DNA of 64,000 nt, from assembly GCA_963666975.2 (NCBI GenBank), contig CAXVYR010000004.1:672001-736000 (forward strand). Reading direction: 5' to 3'. How positions within the stretch are numbered: position 1 is the first letter of the stretch; each line of letters begins with the position of its first letter. The notes under the pieces are model-generated. The model had not been told where the DNA came from and did no database searches. It saw only the letters and a list, made by a program, of their open reading frames with translations. Origin of the DNA: Terriglobia bacterium (GTDB lineage Bacteria; Acidobacteriota; Terriglobia; 2-12-FULL-54-10). The translations under genes were made by a program, and so were the position numbers. Shown here piece after piece: positions 41,540 through 52,492 of this stretch.

Positions 41540-42628
41540 TCAGGCAGCCATTGGGGTGTGATAGAGGCCTCGGCAGTGGCTTTGCCATCTATAGGAATGG
41601 AGATTGGCGACTGGTCTTGGTATAGGCGCGTCTTGGTCAGGGGTTCGCCCTTCCAGTCCAGTATGCGAGCGATGCGCATTGAAATATGTCTTGAAATCGA
41701 GCAGCTTGTTTTCCAGATCCGCCGTGGTCCAGAACAACGTGCGATCCAAATACTCGCGTCGAATCGTGCCAATCATCCGTTCCACAAAGGGATGGGACAG
41801 GGGAACATAGGGGACGGTTTTGATCTCGGTCACCTCCAGTATCCGCAGATTGGCTTGCCACTGCCCAAACCGATAAAGGGGATCATGGTCGGAGCTGAGG
41901 TAGTTTGGCATCCAGCGTTGCCATCGAATGGCACGGTTGAACATCCGGCAAAGTGCGACACCATCGACGGTTCCGGCATGGACGCCGAACCCAATGATTC
42001 GGCGGGTGAATTGATCCATGACGACCAAGACCCAGTGGGTCCGCAACGTGGCCGATTCGCACCGGAACAGATCTAGACTCCAGAGGCTGTCTTTCATGTG
42101 GCCCAGGAAGGTCAGCCAGGATGGACCACCGGAGTCCTTTTCCGGCCGATAGTGGCTGGCGAGAATCCTTCGAACAACGTCTTTGTCGATGGCGATGCCG
42201 AAAGCCAAGGCAATCTGCTGAGCAATTCGCGGACAGCCCCAGGCGGGATTGAGCTGCTTCATCTGGACGACGGCTTCGATGAGTTCTTTGCTGGGCCCCT
42301 TTGGTCCGGGTTTACCTCTGCGCTTGGATGAAAAGAGAAGGCGATATTTTCGATTCCTCATAACCTGGTGGAAGTTCAGGAGAGTCGAAGGTTTCAGTAC
42401 GATTGCTGAATGGATCAGGCGGGCGGGGCGAATGAGGAGAGCACACAAACCGGCGACGAGGCGATCTGAAGTGAGTAGATTGGGTGACCGCTGCCGCGAA
42501 CGATTGAGGATCAGGAGTTGTTGCTTGACCAGAACGGACTCGGCGACCACAGAACGGATGCCGCCCGGACCCAAGAGTCGGGAGAGAGTAGCCATGACAT
42601 GGACGAAAAGGATGACGAGATCGCGCAT
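41540..42628 (-). CDS. Integrase-core (rve, DDE) transposase; element end probably TGT at 42695
   Basis: WGCPRIA, LWSLDLF, SDHDPLY, FVERMIGTIRREYLD, YFNAHRSH. Confidence 0.88.
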   Translation of the reverse strand: MRDLVILFVHVMATLSRLLGPGGIRSVVAESVLVKQQLLILNRSRQRSPNLLTSDRLVAGLCALLIRPARLIHSAIVLKPSTLLNFHQVMRNRKYRLLFSSKRRGKPGPKGPSKELIEAVVQMKQLNPAWGCPRIAQQIALAFGIAIDKDVVRRILASHYRPEKDSGGPSWLTFLGHMKDSLWSLDLFRCESATLRTHWVLVVMDQFTRRIIGFGVHAGTVDGVALCRMFNRAIRWQRWMPNYLSSDHDPLYRFGQWQANLRILEVTEIKTVPYVPLSHPFVERMIGTIRREYLDRTLFWTTADLENKLLDFKTYFNAHRSHTGLEGRTPDQDAPIPRPVANLHSYRWQSHCRGLYHTPMAA

Positions 42629-42696
42629 CTCAGCATCTTAGCAAGAACGGCTAACCCCAGGAATTGTGCCGTAAACTAGCAATTCGCCAGGGACAG

Positions 42697-43063
42697 GTGG
42701 CTGGCCTCGGCCTATAATACGACCCCGGAACAGTTCCACACCGGCTGGACTCGCCTGCGAGAGCATCTTGTGCAGTTCAATAAGAATGCAAACAGCTTTC
42801 CCAATGCCATCGCAACGATGTTCTGCTACATTACGGAGGATCGCGCTGAGGCCGACCGGATCCTGAACGAGATGCTGCGCAAGGCCATCAAGCGACCGGA
42901 AGATGAACTTCGCCAGCGGCTGCTAGTCGGCCCGGCCGAAGAATGCACTCGCAAACTCTCCGCTTACGAGAAGGCTGGAGCACAGATGGTTTTTGTTTGG
43001 CCCATTACGGACGAAACCCGTCAGTTGGAACTCTTTAAACAATCAGTCGCTTCCGGAATCTAG
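42697..43063 (+). pseudogene. 3' fragment of LLM-class flavin-dependent oxidoreductase
   Basis: WLASAYNTTPEQF...LLVGPAEECTRKLSAYEKAGAQ; begins at the element edge. Confidence 0.65.
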
Positions 43064-43120
43064 GAAAATCCCACGTTCATGGTCAGTATCCGGGTAGGTC
43101 TTAATCATCCGTTGATTGCT

Positions 43121-43250
43121 CGCCGGATAAGTAAACACTAGGCGACTTATCGTTACCTATCCGGGAAAACACCATCAATCCCCCTTCAAATCTGGTGGTT
43201 GCAGCATCAGCCCACCAGCGCAGACACCCAATTTATTTGCTCCCCCGTTG
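43121..43250 (+). repeat. Dispersed hairpin repeat (CCGGATAGGTAAACAC..GCGACT..ACCTATCCGG type)
   Basis: Related to 49171-49310, 56386-56440 and 60582-60599 (minus strand). Confidence 0.75.
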
Positions 43251-43510
43251 CGTGTACTCTAGCCCCAGTTTTGCCACCGATGGGAACGGCGGCGATTGGT
43301 GGTATAATGCTGCCAAAGGCAAGTGGCAGCGTTTTCAGGACCATTTGACAGGCTCTGGGACCGTTTCTGAGAAGAAACTTTGCTCGGAGTGTCAATTGGA
43401 GGCGAATGAGGGTATACGCTACGATGCTGGCAGGCCAAAAAGAAATTCCGGCTCAATAGATATGGGGGAGGCTTATATTGGGAGTTAATGTATCATTTCA
43501 AATCGAACAG

Positions 43511-44959
43511 GAGGGTGTCCCATACATAGTTGAAGGTTGAACGGCGGTTCGGCCCGAATCGAATAGAATCGGGCCAAGCCTAAATCCTATAGAAGGAGAA
43601 CCGCCGAATGAAGGGAAAATATCACGTTTTGGAACTGGGTTCCAAGGGAGCCGAAGAAACCATCCAGAAGTTTTGCCAAACCAACGGACAGATGCTGTTG
43701 CCGGTGGTGGATCTGATCACGGAGGCGCGTCTGGCGGTGGATGAGGTGATTGATCGGGCCGGGCGAGGTTTGATTGAAACGATTCTGAGCATGAGCGCAG
43801 AGCAAATCGCGGGGCCAAAGAGTCCCGGGAAGGCGAGCGGAGAGGTGCGCTGGCATGGCCGGCAATTGGGGAGGGTGAAACTGGCCGATCGCCAGCTGCG
43901 GGTGGAGCGGCCCCGGCTGCGCCGGAAGGGCGGAGGGGAAGAAGCGGTGCCGGCCTACGAAGCGCTGCGGAAAAGCGAGAAGACGGGCGAGGAGATGTTC
44001 GAGGCACTGTTGAAAGGGGTTTCGACGCGGAACTACCGCGAGGTGATCCCGGAGATGGCCAACAGCGCTGGGGTGTCGAAGTCTCAGGTGAGCCGGGAAG
44101 CGGCCGAGCAAGGAGCGCGGCGGCTGGAAGAACTGTTGGCGCGGCGCTGGGAGGAGGTCGAGATTCTGGTGATTTACCTGGACGGAATGCGGTTCGGCTC
44201 CCACCACGTCATCAGCGCCGTGGGCGTGGACAGCGAGGGCCGCAAGCATGTGCTGGGGATTCAACTGGGCGCGACCGAAAACGCCGCTGCGGTGAAAGAC
44301 CTTCTCACCCGCCTGCGCCAGCAAGGTTTGCGCACGGATCAGCGCTATCTGTTTGTGATCGACGGCGCCAAAGCGCTCCGCGCGGGGATCGAGGAAGTAT
44401 TCGGCAGCAATCAGCTGGTGCAGCGTTGCCGTACTCATAAGCTGCGCAACGTGGCTGAGCGGTTACCAAAGGGCGACAAAATGCTGGCGAATCAGGTGCG
44501 GTCGCTGATGCGCGCCGCCTGGCGATTGCCCCAAGCCGAGGAAGGCATCGTGCGCATAAAAAAGCTCGCTGGGATGATCGAGTGCGATCATCCGGCAGCA
44601 GCCGCCAGCTTGCGCGAAGGGTTGGAGGAGACCTTTACGATCAATCGAGCCGACGTTCCTCCCAGCCTCCACCGCTGCCTGGCAACCACGAACCTCATCG
44701 AGAGCCCGCAGTCGGGCGTGCGGAAAAAGACTGGCAATGTTTGCCGCTGGCGCGACGGCGAGATGACGTTGCGCTGGGTGGCAGGAGCGTTTCTGCTGAC
44801 CGAGAAGAATTTCCGGAAGATCATGGGTTATCACGATCTCTGGGCTTTGGCATCGATTCTCGGCCGAAGTCCAAACGCTGCTTCCTCTCACAAGGAGGAA
44901 GTGGCGTAATATGAACTCAACCCGCCGTCCCAACCTGCAACTGAGTTTGGGACACCTTC
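43511..44959 (+). mobile_element. IS256-family element, copy 2
   Basis: Same ends and length (1449 bp) as copy 1; TSD TCGAACAG at 43503-43510 and 44960-44967. Confidence 0.95.
43608..44909 (+). CDS. IS256 transposase
   Basis: Protein identical to 9504-10805. Confidence 0.95.
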   Translation: MKGKYHVLELGSKGAEETIQKFCQTNGQMLLPVVDLITEARLAVDEVIDRAGRGLIETILSMSAEQIAGPKSPGKASGEVRWHGRQLGRVKLADRQLRVERPRLRRKGGGEEAVPAYEALRKSEKTGEEMFEALLKGVSTRNYREVIPEMANSAGVSKSQVSREAAEQGARRLEELLARRWEEVEILVIYLDGMRFGSHHVISAVGVDSEGRKHVLGIQLGATENAAAVKDLLTRLRQQGLRTDQRYLFVIDGAKALRAGIEEVFGSNQLVQRCRTHKLRNVAERLPKGDKMLANQVRSLMRAAWRLPQAEEGIVRIKKLAGMIECDHPAAAASLREGLEETFTINRADVPPSLHRCLATTNLIESPQSGVRKKTGNVCRWRDGEMTLRWVAGAFLLTEKNFRKIMGYHDLWALASILGRSPNAASSHKEEVA

Positions 44960-45781
44960 TCGAACAGGGTCTGGAGTTGACTTCTCTAAAGTGGCTTCTT
45001 GACCATCATCGGACCAAAGAAGAGGAACGTCGTCGTATGGTTGCTGACTTAAATCTTAAGCCAGGCGACACGATACTGGACTTAGGGTGTGGGCCGGGTC
45101 TATGGACACCATTGTTGGCGGAGAAGGTTAAGCCTAATGGGAGGGTTATTGGGATTGATTTCAACCCAGAGTTGATAGCCTATGCTACAGATAATCTGAA
45201 AAAGGAACCTCTCAAAGACATTATTGAGTTTCAATTATCGGATCTCCACGCTATCCCCTTTGCAGATAATACTTTTGATGCAGTCTTTTTCGGCAATTGT
45301 TTCGCTTATGTCACAAATCCCTTCAATGTGCTGGAAGAGCAGAAGCGGGTAACAAAGACAGGAGGAAGAGTTGTCGCTAAAGATTGGGATGGTGCACTCC
45401 TCATTTTTCATCCTATTGACCCTCAGCTGTCTTTAAGAATCCTGGCAGCGACAACTCGGGCGCTTGAAGAAAATCCCCCGGAACTACCTTTTGATAACCT
45501 CGTCGGGAGAAAGCTAAACGGGATTTTCTTACAGGCAGGATTCAAAGACGTATCCACTGTTACCTATGCTGTACAGAAGCTCTCACCTCTTAAACCATAC
45601 GCCAAACGCTACATTACAAATAATGCCGAGTGGTACGCTAAAATTGGAGCTCCGAATTTGTCGGAAGAAGACGTGCAGCGGTGGGGGGCACATTTTGACC
45701 CGAACTCTGATGAGTATATCCTTGACCTAGAAGAGTTCTATTACTGTATGGTGGAGATGATTACGGTGGGCACGGTCTAAC

Positions 45782-46033
45782 GCGGTCCAACAGGCCCTGG
45801 AGGCAGAGAACGCCTTGCAGCGCGTGGAGTTTGAGGCGCAACAGGAAGTCACAAGGGCCGAAGCCGAAGCCAAGTCGCTGGAACTTCAAAAAGAGCAGGT
45901 GACGGATCAGTTGATCGAGTTGCGGAGAATCGAGGTTCTACAAACGGCGATGGAGAAGTGGAACGGAGTGATGCCTTCCGTGGTCACCAGCGGCGGACCG
46001 ATTCCTATATTGAATGTATTAGGTGGGCGGTAA
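45782..46033 (+). pseudogene. 3' fragment of SPFH/prohibitin-family protein
   Basis: AVQQALEAENALQRVEFEAQQ..AEAEAKSL..LIELRRIE..EKWNGVMP. Confidence 0.7.
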
Positions 46034-46655
46034 AGTAACGGCTGCTCCATCGGCAGCCCCTCATGGAGGAGCCCCGCACCAAAGTGCCTGATGTGCTGGC
46101 GGCTAATTGCCTCCCTTGTCCCCCCAAAGGACCTCGCTTGGTAGCTGCAAACAACTCTAGACAATCCCCAGGGCTGTGGCAGAATCCCTCCAATTACACT
46201 CCACAAGGAAAAAGCCATCACCTGGGATGGCGAAAACAGGAAGCCGGAGTTGCTGATTATCAGCTTAGAGACTCCGACTTTCTTATTTCCAGAAAACCTT
46301 GACCAACCTTTTTGCCTTCGGAAATCTGCCTTTCCTTCGCCGCCCACTTCAGCTGGGCAATCTGTTCCTTGATTTCGGGGGTTCTCTGTGAGGATTTGCC
46401 GGTGGTGCCAGCCCAGCCAGAAACACTTGGTTTCTGCAGCCTTCATTTATCCCAATTTCATCTCGCGTGGTGTTATGCTAAGGCGAATAGTTGAGAAAGT
46501 CGGTTTGCTTGAAACCATTCACAACAGTCGTTTGCTTCCAGACGAGTTGACTTCATCAAATGACAATAGCCGTTACGGGACAACCCGCTCTAGGGCCGGA
46601 TTACCTGACCGCTTCACAATAGCGGTGCGGCAACTTAAGAAGAAAAGAGAGAAAA

Positions 46656-46985
46656 ATGAAGAAATTGTTTGTCGGAAACATGAGTTTTGACACAACGGAA
46701 GGTGCCCTGCGGGCGATCTTTGAACCGTATGGAGAGATCACGAGCATCAATGTCATTACAGACCGCGACACAGGCCGGGCCCGAGGCTTCGCTTTCGTGG
46801 AATTGGCCGATGACGGTGAAGCGGCCAAGGCAATTACGGCACTGAATGGAAAAGAAGTGGACGGTCGCGCCTTGAACGTGAATGAAGCGCGTCCCAAGCC
46901 GGAGCGCAGTGGACCGCGGGACGGGGGAGGAGGAGGAGGCGGCCGCGGTCGTGGTGGCTACCAATCACGTGAACCGCGCTGGTAG
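46656..46985 (+). CDS. RRM RNA-binding protein with glycine-rich tail
   Basis: KLFVGNM (RNP2), RGFAFVEL (RNP1), LNVNEARPK. Confidence 0.95.
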   Translation: MKKLFVGNMSFDTTEGALRAIFEPYGEITSINVITDRDTGRARGFAFVELADDGEAAKAITALNGKEVDGRALNVNEARPKPERSGPRDGGGGGGGRGRGGYQSREPRW

Positions 46986-47112
46986 CAAGCAACGAAATTC
47001 CCTCAGGGGACGATTTACTTCGCCCCCAACACCCTCTCTGCTGGCTTATATCTTTACGGCAGTCAAAACATTCTTCCTGGCCCCGGTTGGGGGCGTAGTT
47101 GAGGAGAGTCAG

Positions 47113-48807
47113 TTGGGTATCGAAGACAAATATGATCAGGTGATGGAACTGATCTCCTTGGGAAAAGAAAAGGGTTATTTGCTCTACGACGAAGTCAAGG
47201 AGCTGTTGCCGGCCGACATCAGCAACTCCGCAGAGATAGAGGACATCCTGGCCACTTTTGGGACGGCGGGCATTGAAGTCATCGAGGAGAGCCCCCAGCT
47301 GCCTTCCGAAGAGAAGATGAATGCCAAGCTGGACGACGCGGGCGAGGAAGCGGAGTTGGACCTCAGCCCGGAATCTCTTGATAAAACCAACGACCCGGTG
47401 CGTATGTATTTGCGCGAGATGGGAACCGTGCCGCTGCTGACTCGCGATGAAGAAGTAGAGATAGCAAAACGCATTGAGCGGGGACAAAACAACGTCCTGA
47501 AGGCGATATCCCGGTCCCCCATCATCGTCCAAGAGCTTCTTCTCTTGGGGAAAGACCTTCGCTCCTCCGCCAGGACAATCAAAGCATTGGTGGTCTTCAA
47601 TGACGATGAGTTAACCGAGGACCGCGTCCAGGAGAAGCTGGAGGAGGTCTGCGAAACCGTTGAAGAGATCAGCAAGCTTTCCAAAAAGGTGCAGCAGTTG
47701 AAGCTTCGCCTGGAGAACATTCCCCGGACAAAGAAACCGAAGGAATTTCGAAGGGCGCGCTTCCGGCTGGCGCGCCTCCGGATCCAAATATCCCAGATGA
47801 TCCGGGGGATCGTGTTCAAGCACACGGAACGCAAGCGCCTGATCGAAAAGGTCTACCGCACCGTGTATTCGCTTCAATCGCTGGAGCGGGAGCGGAAGCG
47901 GATTGAGACGCGGCTGAATTCGGCCACGGGTGACACGGCTAAGGAGTTGCGCAAAAGCCTGAATCAGACCAAGAGCCAGATTTCCGCCATTGAGGAGGAA
48001 TCCGGAGCCAAGTCTGCCGAGTTGCGCCGGACTCTTCAAATCCTCGCGGAAGGGGAGCGGGACGCCGAGATTGCCAAGCAGGAGATGACAGAGGCCAATT
48101 TACGGCTGGTAGTTTCCATTGCCAAAAAGTATACCAACCGGGGTTTGCAGTTCCTGGACCTCATCCAGGAAGGCAATATCGGATTGATGAAGGCGGTGGA
48201 CAAGTTCGAATACCGCCGGGGTTACAAGTTTTCCACCTACGCCACGTGGTGGATTCGCCAGGCCATTACCCGGGCGATTGCCGACCAAGCGCGCACCATC
48301 CGCATCCCGGTGCACATGATTGAAACCATCAACAAGCTGGTCCGCACCTCGCGGCAACTGGTCCAGGAGTATGGCCGGGAGCCGACCAGCGAGGAGATCG
48401 GCAAACAGATGGACATTCCTGTGGACAAGGTGCGGAAGGCCCGTAAGATTGCCCAGGAAACCATTTCGCTGGAGACGCCCATTGGGGAGGAGGAAGATGC
48501 TCACTTGGGCGACTTCATTGAGGATCAGGGAGCTGTCTCGCCGGCAGAAGCGGTCATCAACGTCAACCTGAAAGAACAGACCGCCGGGGCGCTCAAAACT
48601 TTGACTCCGCGCGAAGAGAAAGTTATCAAAATGCGCTTCGGGCTGGAGGATGGCAGCGAGCGCACCCTGGAAGAGGTGGGGCAGAGCTTCGCTGTGACAC
48701 GGGAACGCATCCGGCAGATTGAGGCCAAGGCGTTGCGCAAACTGCGCCATCCCTCTCGGAGCCGCAAGCTCAAGGCTTTCCTCGAAATCAACGCCTCCCG
48801 CGACTGA
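47113..48807 (+). CDS. rpoD: Group 1 sigma-70 factor RpoD (not in a dnaG operon)
   Basis: Region 1.1, [51 protein letters not shown]; GAGGAG before TTG 47113. Confidence 0.93.
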   Translation: MGIEDKYDQVMELISLGKEKGYLLYDEVKELLPADISNSAEIEDILATFGTAGIEVIEESPQLPSEEKMNAKLDDAGEEAELDLSPESLDKTNDPVRMYLREMGTVPLLTRDEEVEIAKRIERGQNNVLKAISRSPIIVQELLLLGKDLRSSARTIKALVVFNDDELTEDRVQEKLEEVCETVEEISKLSKKVQQLKLRLENIPRTKKPKEFRRARFRLARLRIQISQMIRGIVFKHTERKRLIEKVYRTVYSLQSLERERKRIETRLNSATGDTAKELRKSLNQTKSQISAIEEESGAKSAELRRTLQILAEGERDAEIAKQEMTEANLRLVVSIAKKYTNRGLQFLDLIQEGNIGLMKAVDKFEYRRGYKFSTYATWWIRQAITRAIADQARTIRIPVHMIETINKLVRTSRQLVQEYGREPTSEEIGKQMDIPVDKVRKARKIAQETISLETPIGEEEDAHLGDFIEDQGAVSPAEAVINVNLKEQTAGALKTLTPREEKVIKMRFGLEDGSERTLEEVGQSFAVTRERIRQIEAKALRKLRHPSRSRKLKAFLEINASRD

Positions 48808-49004
48808 ATCACCGTCATCGCCCCCGTGCCTTCCCGGAGAATCGGGGTTGTTTTCCAAGAACGCAACGGCCGGGCTGCCGCACTTTGCCCTGCAATCCTC
48901 GAAACCAGCGTTGCAAAATAAGAATTGCAATTAAAGCAAACGGGCCATAATAGGGCAGCAGAGACTTGGTTCCAGATGGCAGTCCATACCGTAAACTCTA
49001 ACTT

Positions 49005-49090
49005 ATCAACTGGACCGATTTAGGGGGGACAGGTCAGCTGACCTGACCGGCTCTTTTTGTACCACCTGGAGTGAGAGAGAGAATCCCACG
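49005..49090 (+). mobile_element. Abutted IS3-family right and left ends
   Basis: TGGACCGATTTAGGGGGGACAGGTCA-gc-TGACCTGACCGGCTCTTTTTGTACCA; the second half matches the IS3 left ends at 20609 and 32404. Confidence 0.65.
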
Positions 49091-49139
49091 GCCGATTAGC
49101 CCCCGTCCTCAGGAACACCCTCACCGGACCAACCCTCCA

Positions 49140-49834
49140 CGATTACTCCCGAGTAACGGCGAAGGATAGAGTAATCCTGCCCGCCGGATAGGTAAACACT
49201 TTGCGACTACACAGGACCTATCCGGGGAAAAGCGGCCAAAATCCATTCAAACCAAGTGCTTGCAGCAGCCTTTCCCTCGCCGAAACCTAATTGACTTATC
49301 GTCCTGTTATCGAAAACGCCTCGGGCAATCGTCTCCCCCGTTCCGCAATTCTTTGCACCGAGGCGCTCCCGATCAACGCTAACTACTAGTCAGGGGTTAT
49401 TTCCCACAACGCCGTTTATGTCCAACTTCCGAGTAGGCGACCACTCAGCCAGCATGGATCGTCGGTAAACATAAGGCGACTAGGGAGGATCAATTTCCTA
49501 GAACGCCTATTCTGGGCGATTATGAAGGTTCAGCCACTTCTCGGAGCCGACTTAACGACCAAGTAGCGGCAAGCCGGCGGACCATACATTCCGAGTTGGC
49601 GACCACTCGGAAAGAATCACGCCCTTCACATTTGCGGTCTTGACCGGTCGCGCTTCCCAGATCACCGTTTGTGACCAACTTCCGTGTGAGCAGCTACAGA
49701 GGAGTAATCTAGAATTTTCTCCTCGACTGCACTCGGAGCTCGGCGGTAGGCAGAGCAAGTCCTTGTCCACAATTGATTTACCTTCCCACCTCGTGTAAAC
49801 TCTCACCAGAATTTCAAATCAGACAGGTGTAAAC
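49140..49834. repeat. Cluster of dispersed repeat modules plus promoter of the kinase gene
   Basis: 10-bp IR at 49184-93/49216-25; CCGAGT..ACTC hairpins at 49427 and 49589; TTGATT-17-TAAACT at 49773-49801. Confidence 0.85.
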
Positions 49835-52348
49835 GTGGGGGTTTCCTCGGGTACGCATCTTGGCGCTTACGAGATCCTCAGTCTATTAGGTTCGGGTGGC
49901 ATGGGTCAGGTTTGGCGAGCCAGACACTTGATGCTTGACCGCCAGGCTGCCATCAAGCTGATCCGCCCTGAGTCCTTTGGGCCTGGGGTAGGTGAGCAAG
50001 CTAATACCCTACTGCGTCGCTTCGAGCGCGAAGCAAAGGCGACCTCTGCCTTGCGGTCGCCCCACACCATCCAGGTATATGACTTTGGCACCACCGAGGA
50101 CGGCACTTTTTACTACGCCATGGAACTGCTCGAGGGGCGCGATCTCAACACCCTCGTGGAGCAGCATGGACCCCTTTCAGCCGAGCGGGTGATTTATATC
50201 CTGCGTCAGGTCTGCGAATCTCTTGCCGAGGCCCACCGCAACGAGTTCATTCATCGAGATATCAAACCAGCCAACATCTTTCTCACCGAGGTTGGCTTGA
50301 AGTACGACTTCGTCAAGGTGCTCGACTTCGGGCTCGTCCAGCACACACCGGGATCGGATTGGAAGGGTTCGCGTTTGACCGTCGAAGGTGTCGTCGCCGG
50401 TTCACCCGCCTTCATGGCTCCGGAAATAATCAGAGGCAGCTCCACGATTGACGAGAGAGTTGACATCTACTCGTTAGGGTGCGTCGCCTACTGGGTTCTC
50501 ACCGGGCAACTCGTTTTTGAAGGGGAGACACCGATGCAGATCATGGCGGCCCATCTCGAGCAGTCGCCTGCACCGCCTTCAACCCAATCCGAATTGGAAA
50601 TCCCAACCGCGCTTGACCAGATCGTCATGGCCTGCCTGGAAAAAGACCCCGCCAGGCGGCCGCAGAGCGTGGAGACGCTGTCTCGCCAACTTGCCGAGTG
50701 CTCAGGTAAGGAACCCTGGACCGAGAGGCGCGCTGAGGATTGGTGACTGGTCCATCATCCACCGAAGGCGCCGGTTGAACGGGCCAGTAGCGAGGGCACG
50801 ACGCTTGGAAGGTACATGCCCCCTAAGCCTAGTGCTGTAGTGGAAGAGGGAGCAGAACCGCGTGCACTTTCTCGCCGGCGGGTGTTGGCGGGAGCAATGG
50901 CAATCCTCCTGGCGCTGCTTGTCGGGATGAATCTGGGGAGTTGGCGGGAGTGGCTGCTTGGAGACGCTGATCGGGTCCGGATTGAATCGCTGGCGGTGCT
51001 GCCGTTAGAGAATCTCTCTGACGATCCAGAACAGGAGTATTTCGCAGACGGGATGACCGAGGCTTTGATCGCTGACTTGGCCGGCATCAGAGCATTGAAG
51101 GTGATCTCGCGGACGTCAGTAATGCGCTACAAAGAGAGGGAAAAGTCTCTGCCCGAGATCGCGCGGGAATTGGGGGTGGATGCGGTGGTCGTGGGCTCGG
51201 TAATGCGGGCAGGCGACCGGGTGCGGATCTCCGCGCAGCTCATCGACGCGGCAACCGATGAGCACCTCTGGGCAGAAAGCTACGAGCGGAACATGCGGGA
51301 CGTGCTGACGTTGCAGCGGGAGGTGGCGCGGGCCATTGCCCGCGAAGTCCGCATTCTTGTGACGTCGGTGGAAGGAGCGCGCCTCGCCAGGGCCCGTCGC
51401 GTCAACCCGGAGGCCTACGAGCTTTACCTGAGAGGCCGCTTCCACGTAAACAAGTACACGGAGGAGGGCTACAGACGGGCTTTGGAATATTTTCAACAGT
51501 CGATTGAAAAAGATCCTGACTACGGGGCTGCCCACGCAGGATCGGCCCAGTCGCACGGTCTGTTGGCTGCGTTCTATGGCCTCCAGCGTGAGTCGTGGCC
51601 AAAAGCAGAATCAGCGGTCCTGAAAGCACTGGAGCTTGATGAATCTCTTGCCGAATCTCATGTCTCGCTGGCACTGATTCGGCAGTACCGCGATTGGGAC
51701 TGGGCCGCCGCCGAAAGAGAATACAGACGCGCCATTGAGCTGAACCCCGGCTATGTGACCGCACACCACGAGTACGCGGCCTTTCTGACAGCGATGGGCA
51801 GGTCGGAGGAAGCTGTCGAAGAGATCCAGCTAGCTCGGGAACTCGATCCACTCTCCGTCGTCGTGAATCAGGATCTGGCATGGATCTACTATCGAGCGCG
51901 GGATTATAACCGAGCGATCGACCAGCTTCGCAAGACGCTGGACTTGGACCGAAATTTCGCGGATGCCCACCGCAAGCTGGGATGGGTACTTGCGGCAACG
52001 GGAAAGTTTGAAGAAGCCGTCGCTGAGATGCAGCAGGCAGCCACCCTTTCCTCAGACCCTATGATGTTGGCATCCCTGGGGCGTGTCTATGCGGTGTCAG
52101 GTAAACACAAGGAGGCGCTCACGATCCTTGGAGAACTCGAAGAGCGACCGGAGCGCAGTTATCTCTCGCCCTACATTGCACTAATCTATGTTGGTTTGGG
52201 GGAAACAGATCAGGCAATTGAATGGCTGGAGCAGGCCTACGCGGAGCACCACGGTCAACTAATCTACCTCAAAGACCCACGTTGGGATCCCATGCGCTCC
52301 GACCCTCGCTTCCAGGACTTGCTCCGCCGCATGAATCTCCCCGGATAG
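49835..52348 (+). pseudogene. Ser/Thr kinase-TM-TolB-N-TPR protein split by one in-frame TGA (50744-50746)
   Basis: GSGGMG, HRDIKPAN, DFG, APE; then SLAVLPLENLS..YFADGMTE and TPRs. Both ORFs are in the same frame with an open linker. Confidence 0.85.
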
Positions 52349-52492
52349 GCTACTCCTACTTCATGAGGAAAACGTCACTTCAATCACCGCATTAGAACGG
52401 CTTCCATCTAAAGGCTGAGAAGCCACGTCTCTTGCCGCCAGTTTGCCATCAAAGCAACGGTAGTTCACCGATGGCGTGAGGCTAGGGTCATC

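Larger units (their letters stand above)
43478..45780 (+). pseudogene. Class I SAM methyltransferase (UbiE-like) interrupted by IS256 after codon 11
   Basis: GGAGG then TTG 43478; removing the IS and one TSD gives 846 bp in frame; ILDLGCGPG, IPFADNTFD. Confidence 0.88.

Noticed and set aside
50744-50800. Selenocysteine recoding of the in-frame TGA
   Set aside because: The position is a Trp-like site in a linker, not a catalytic Cys, and no clear SECIS hairpin was seen.
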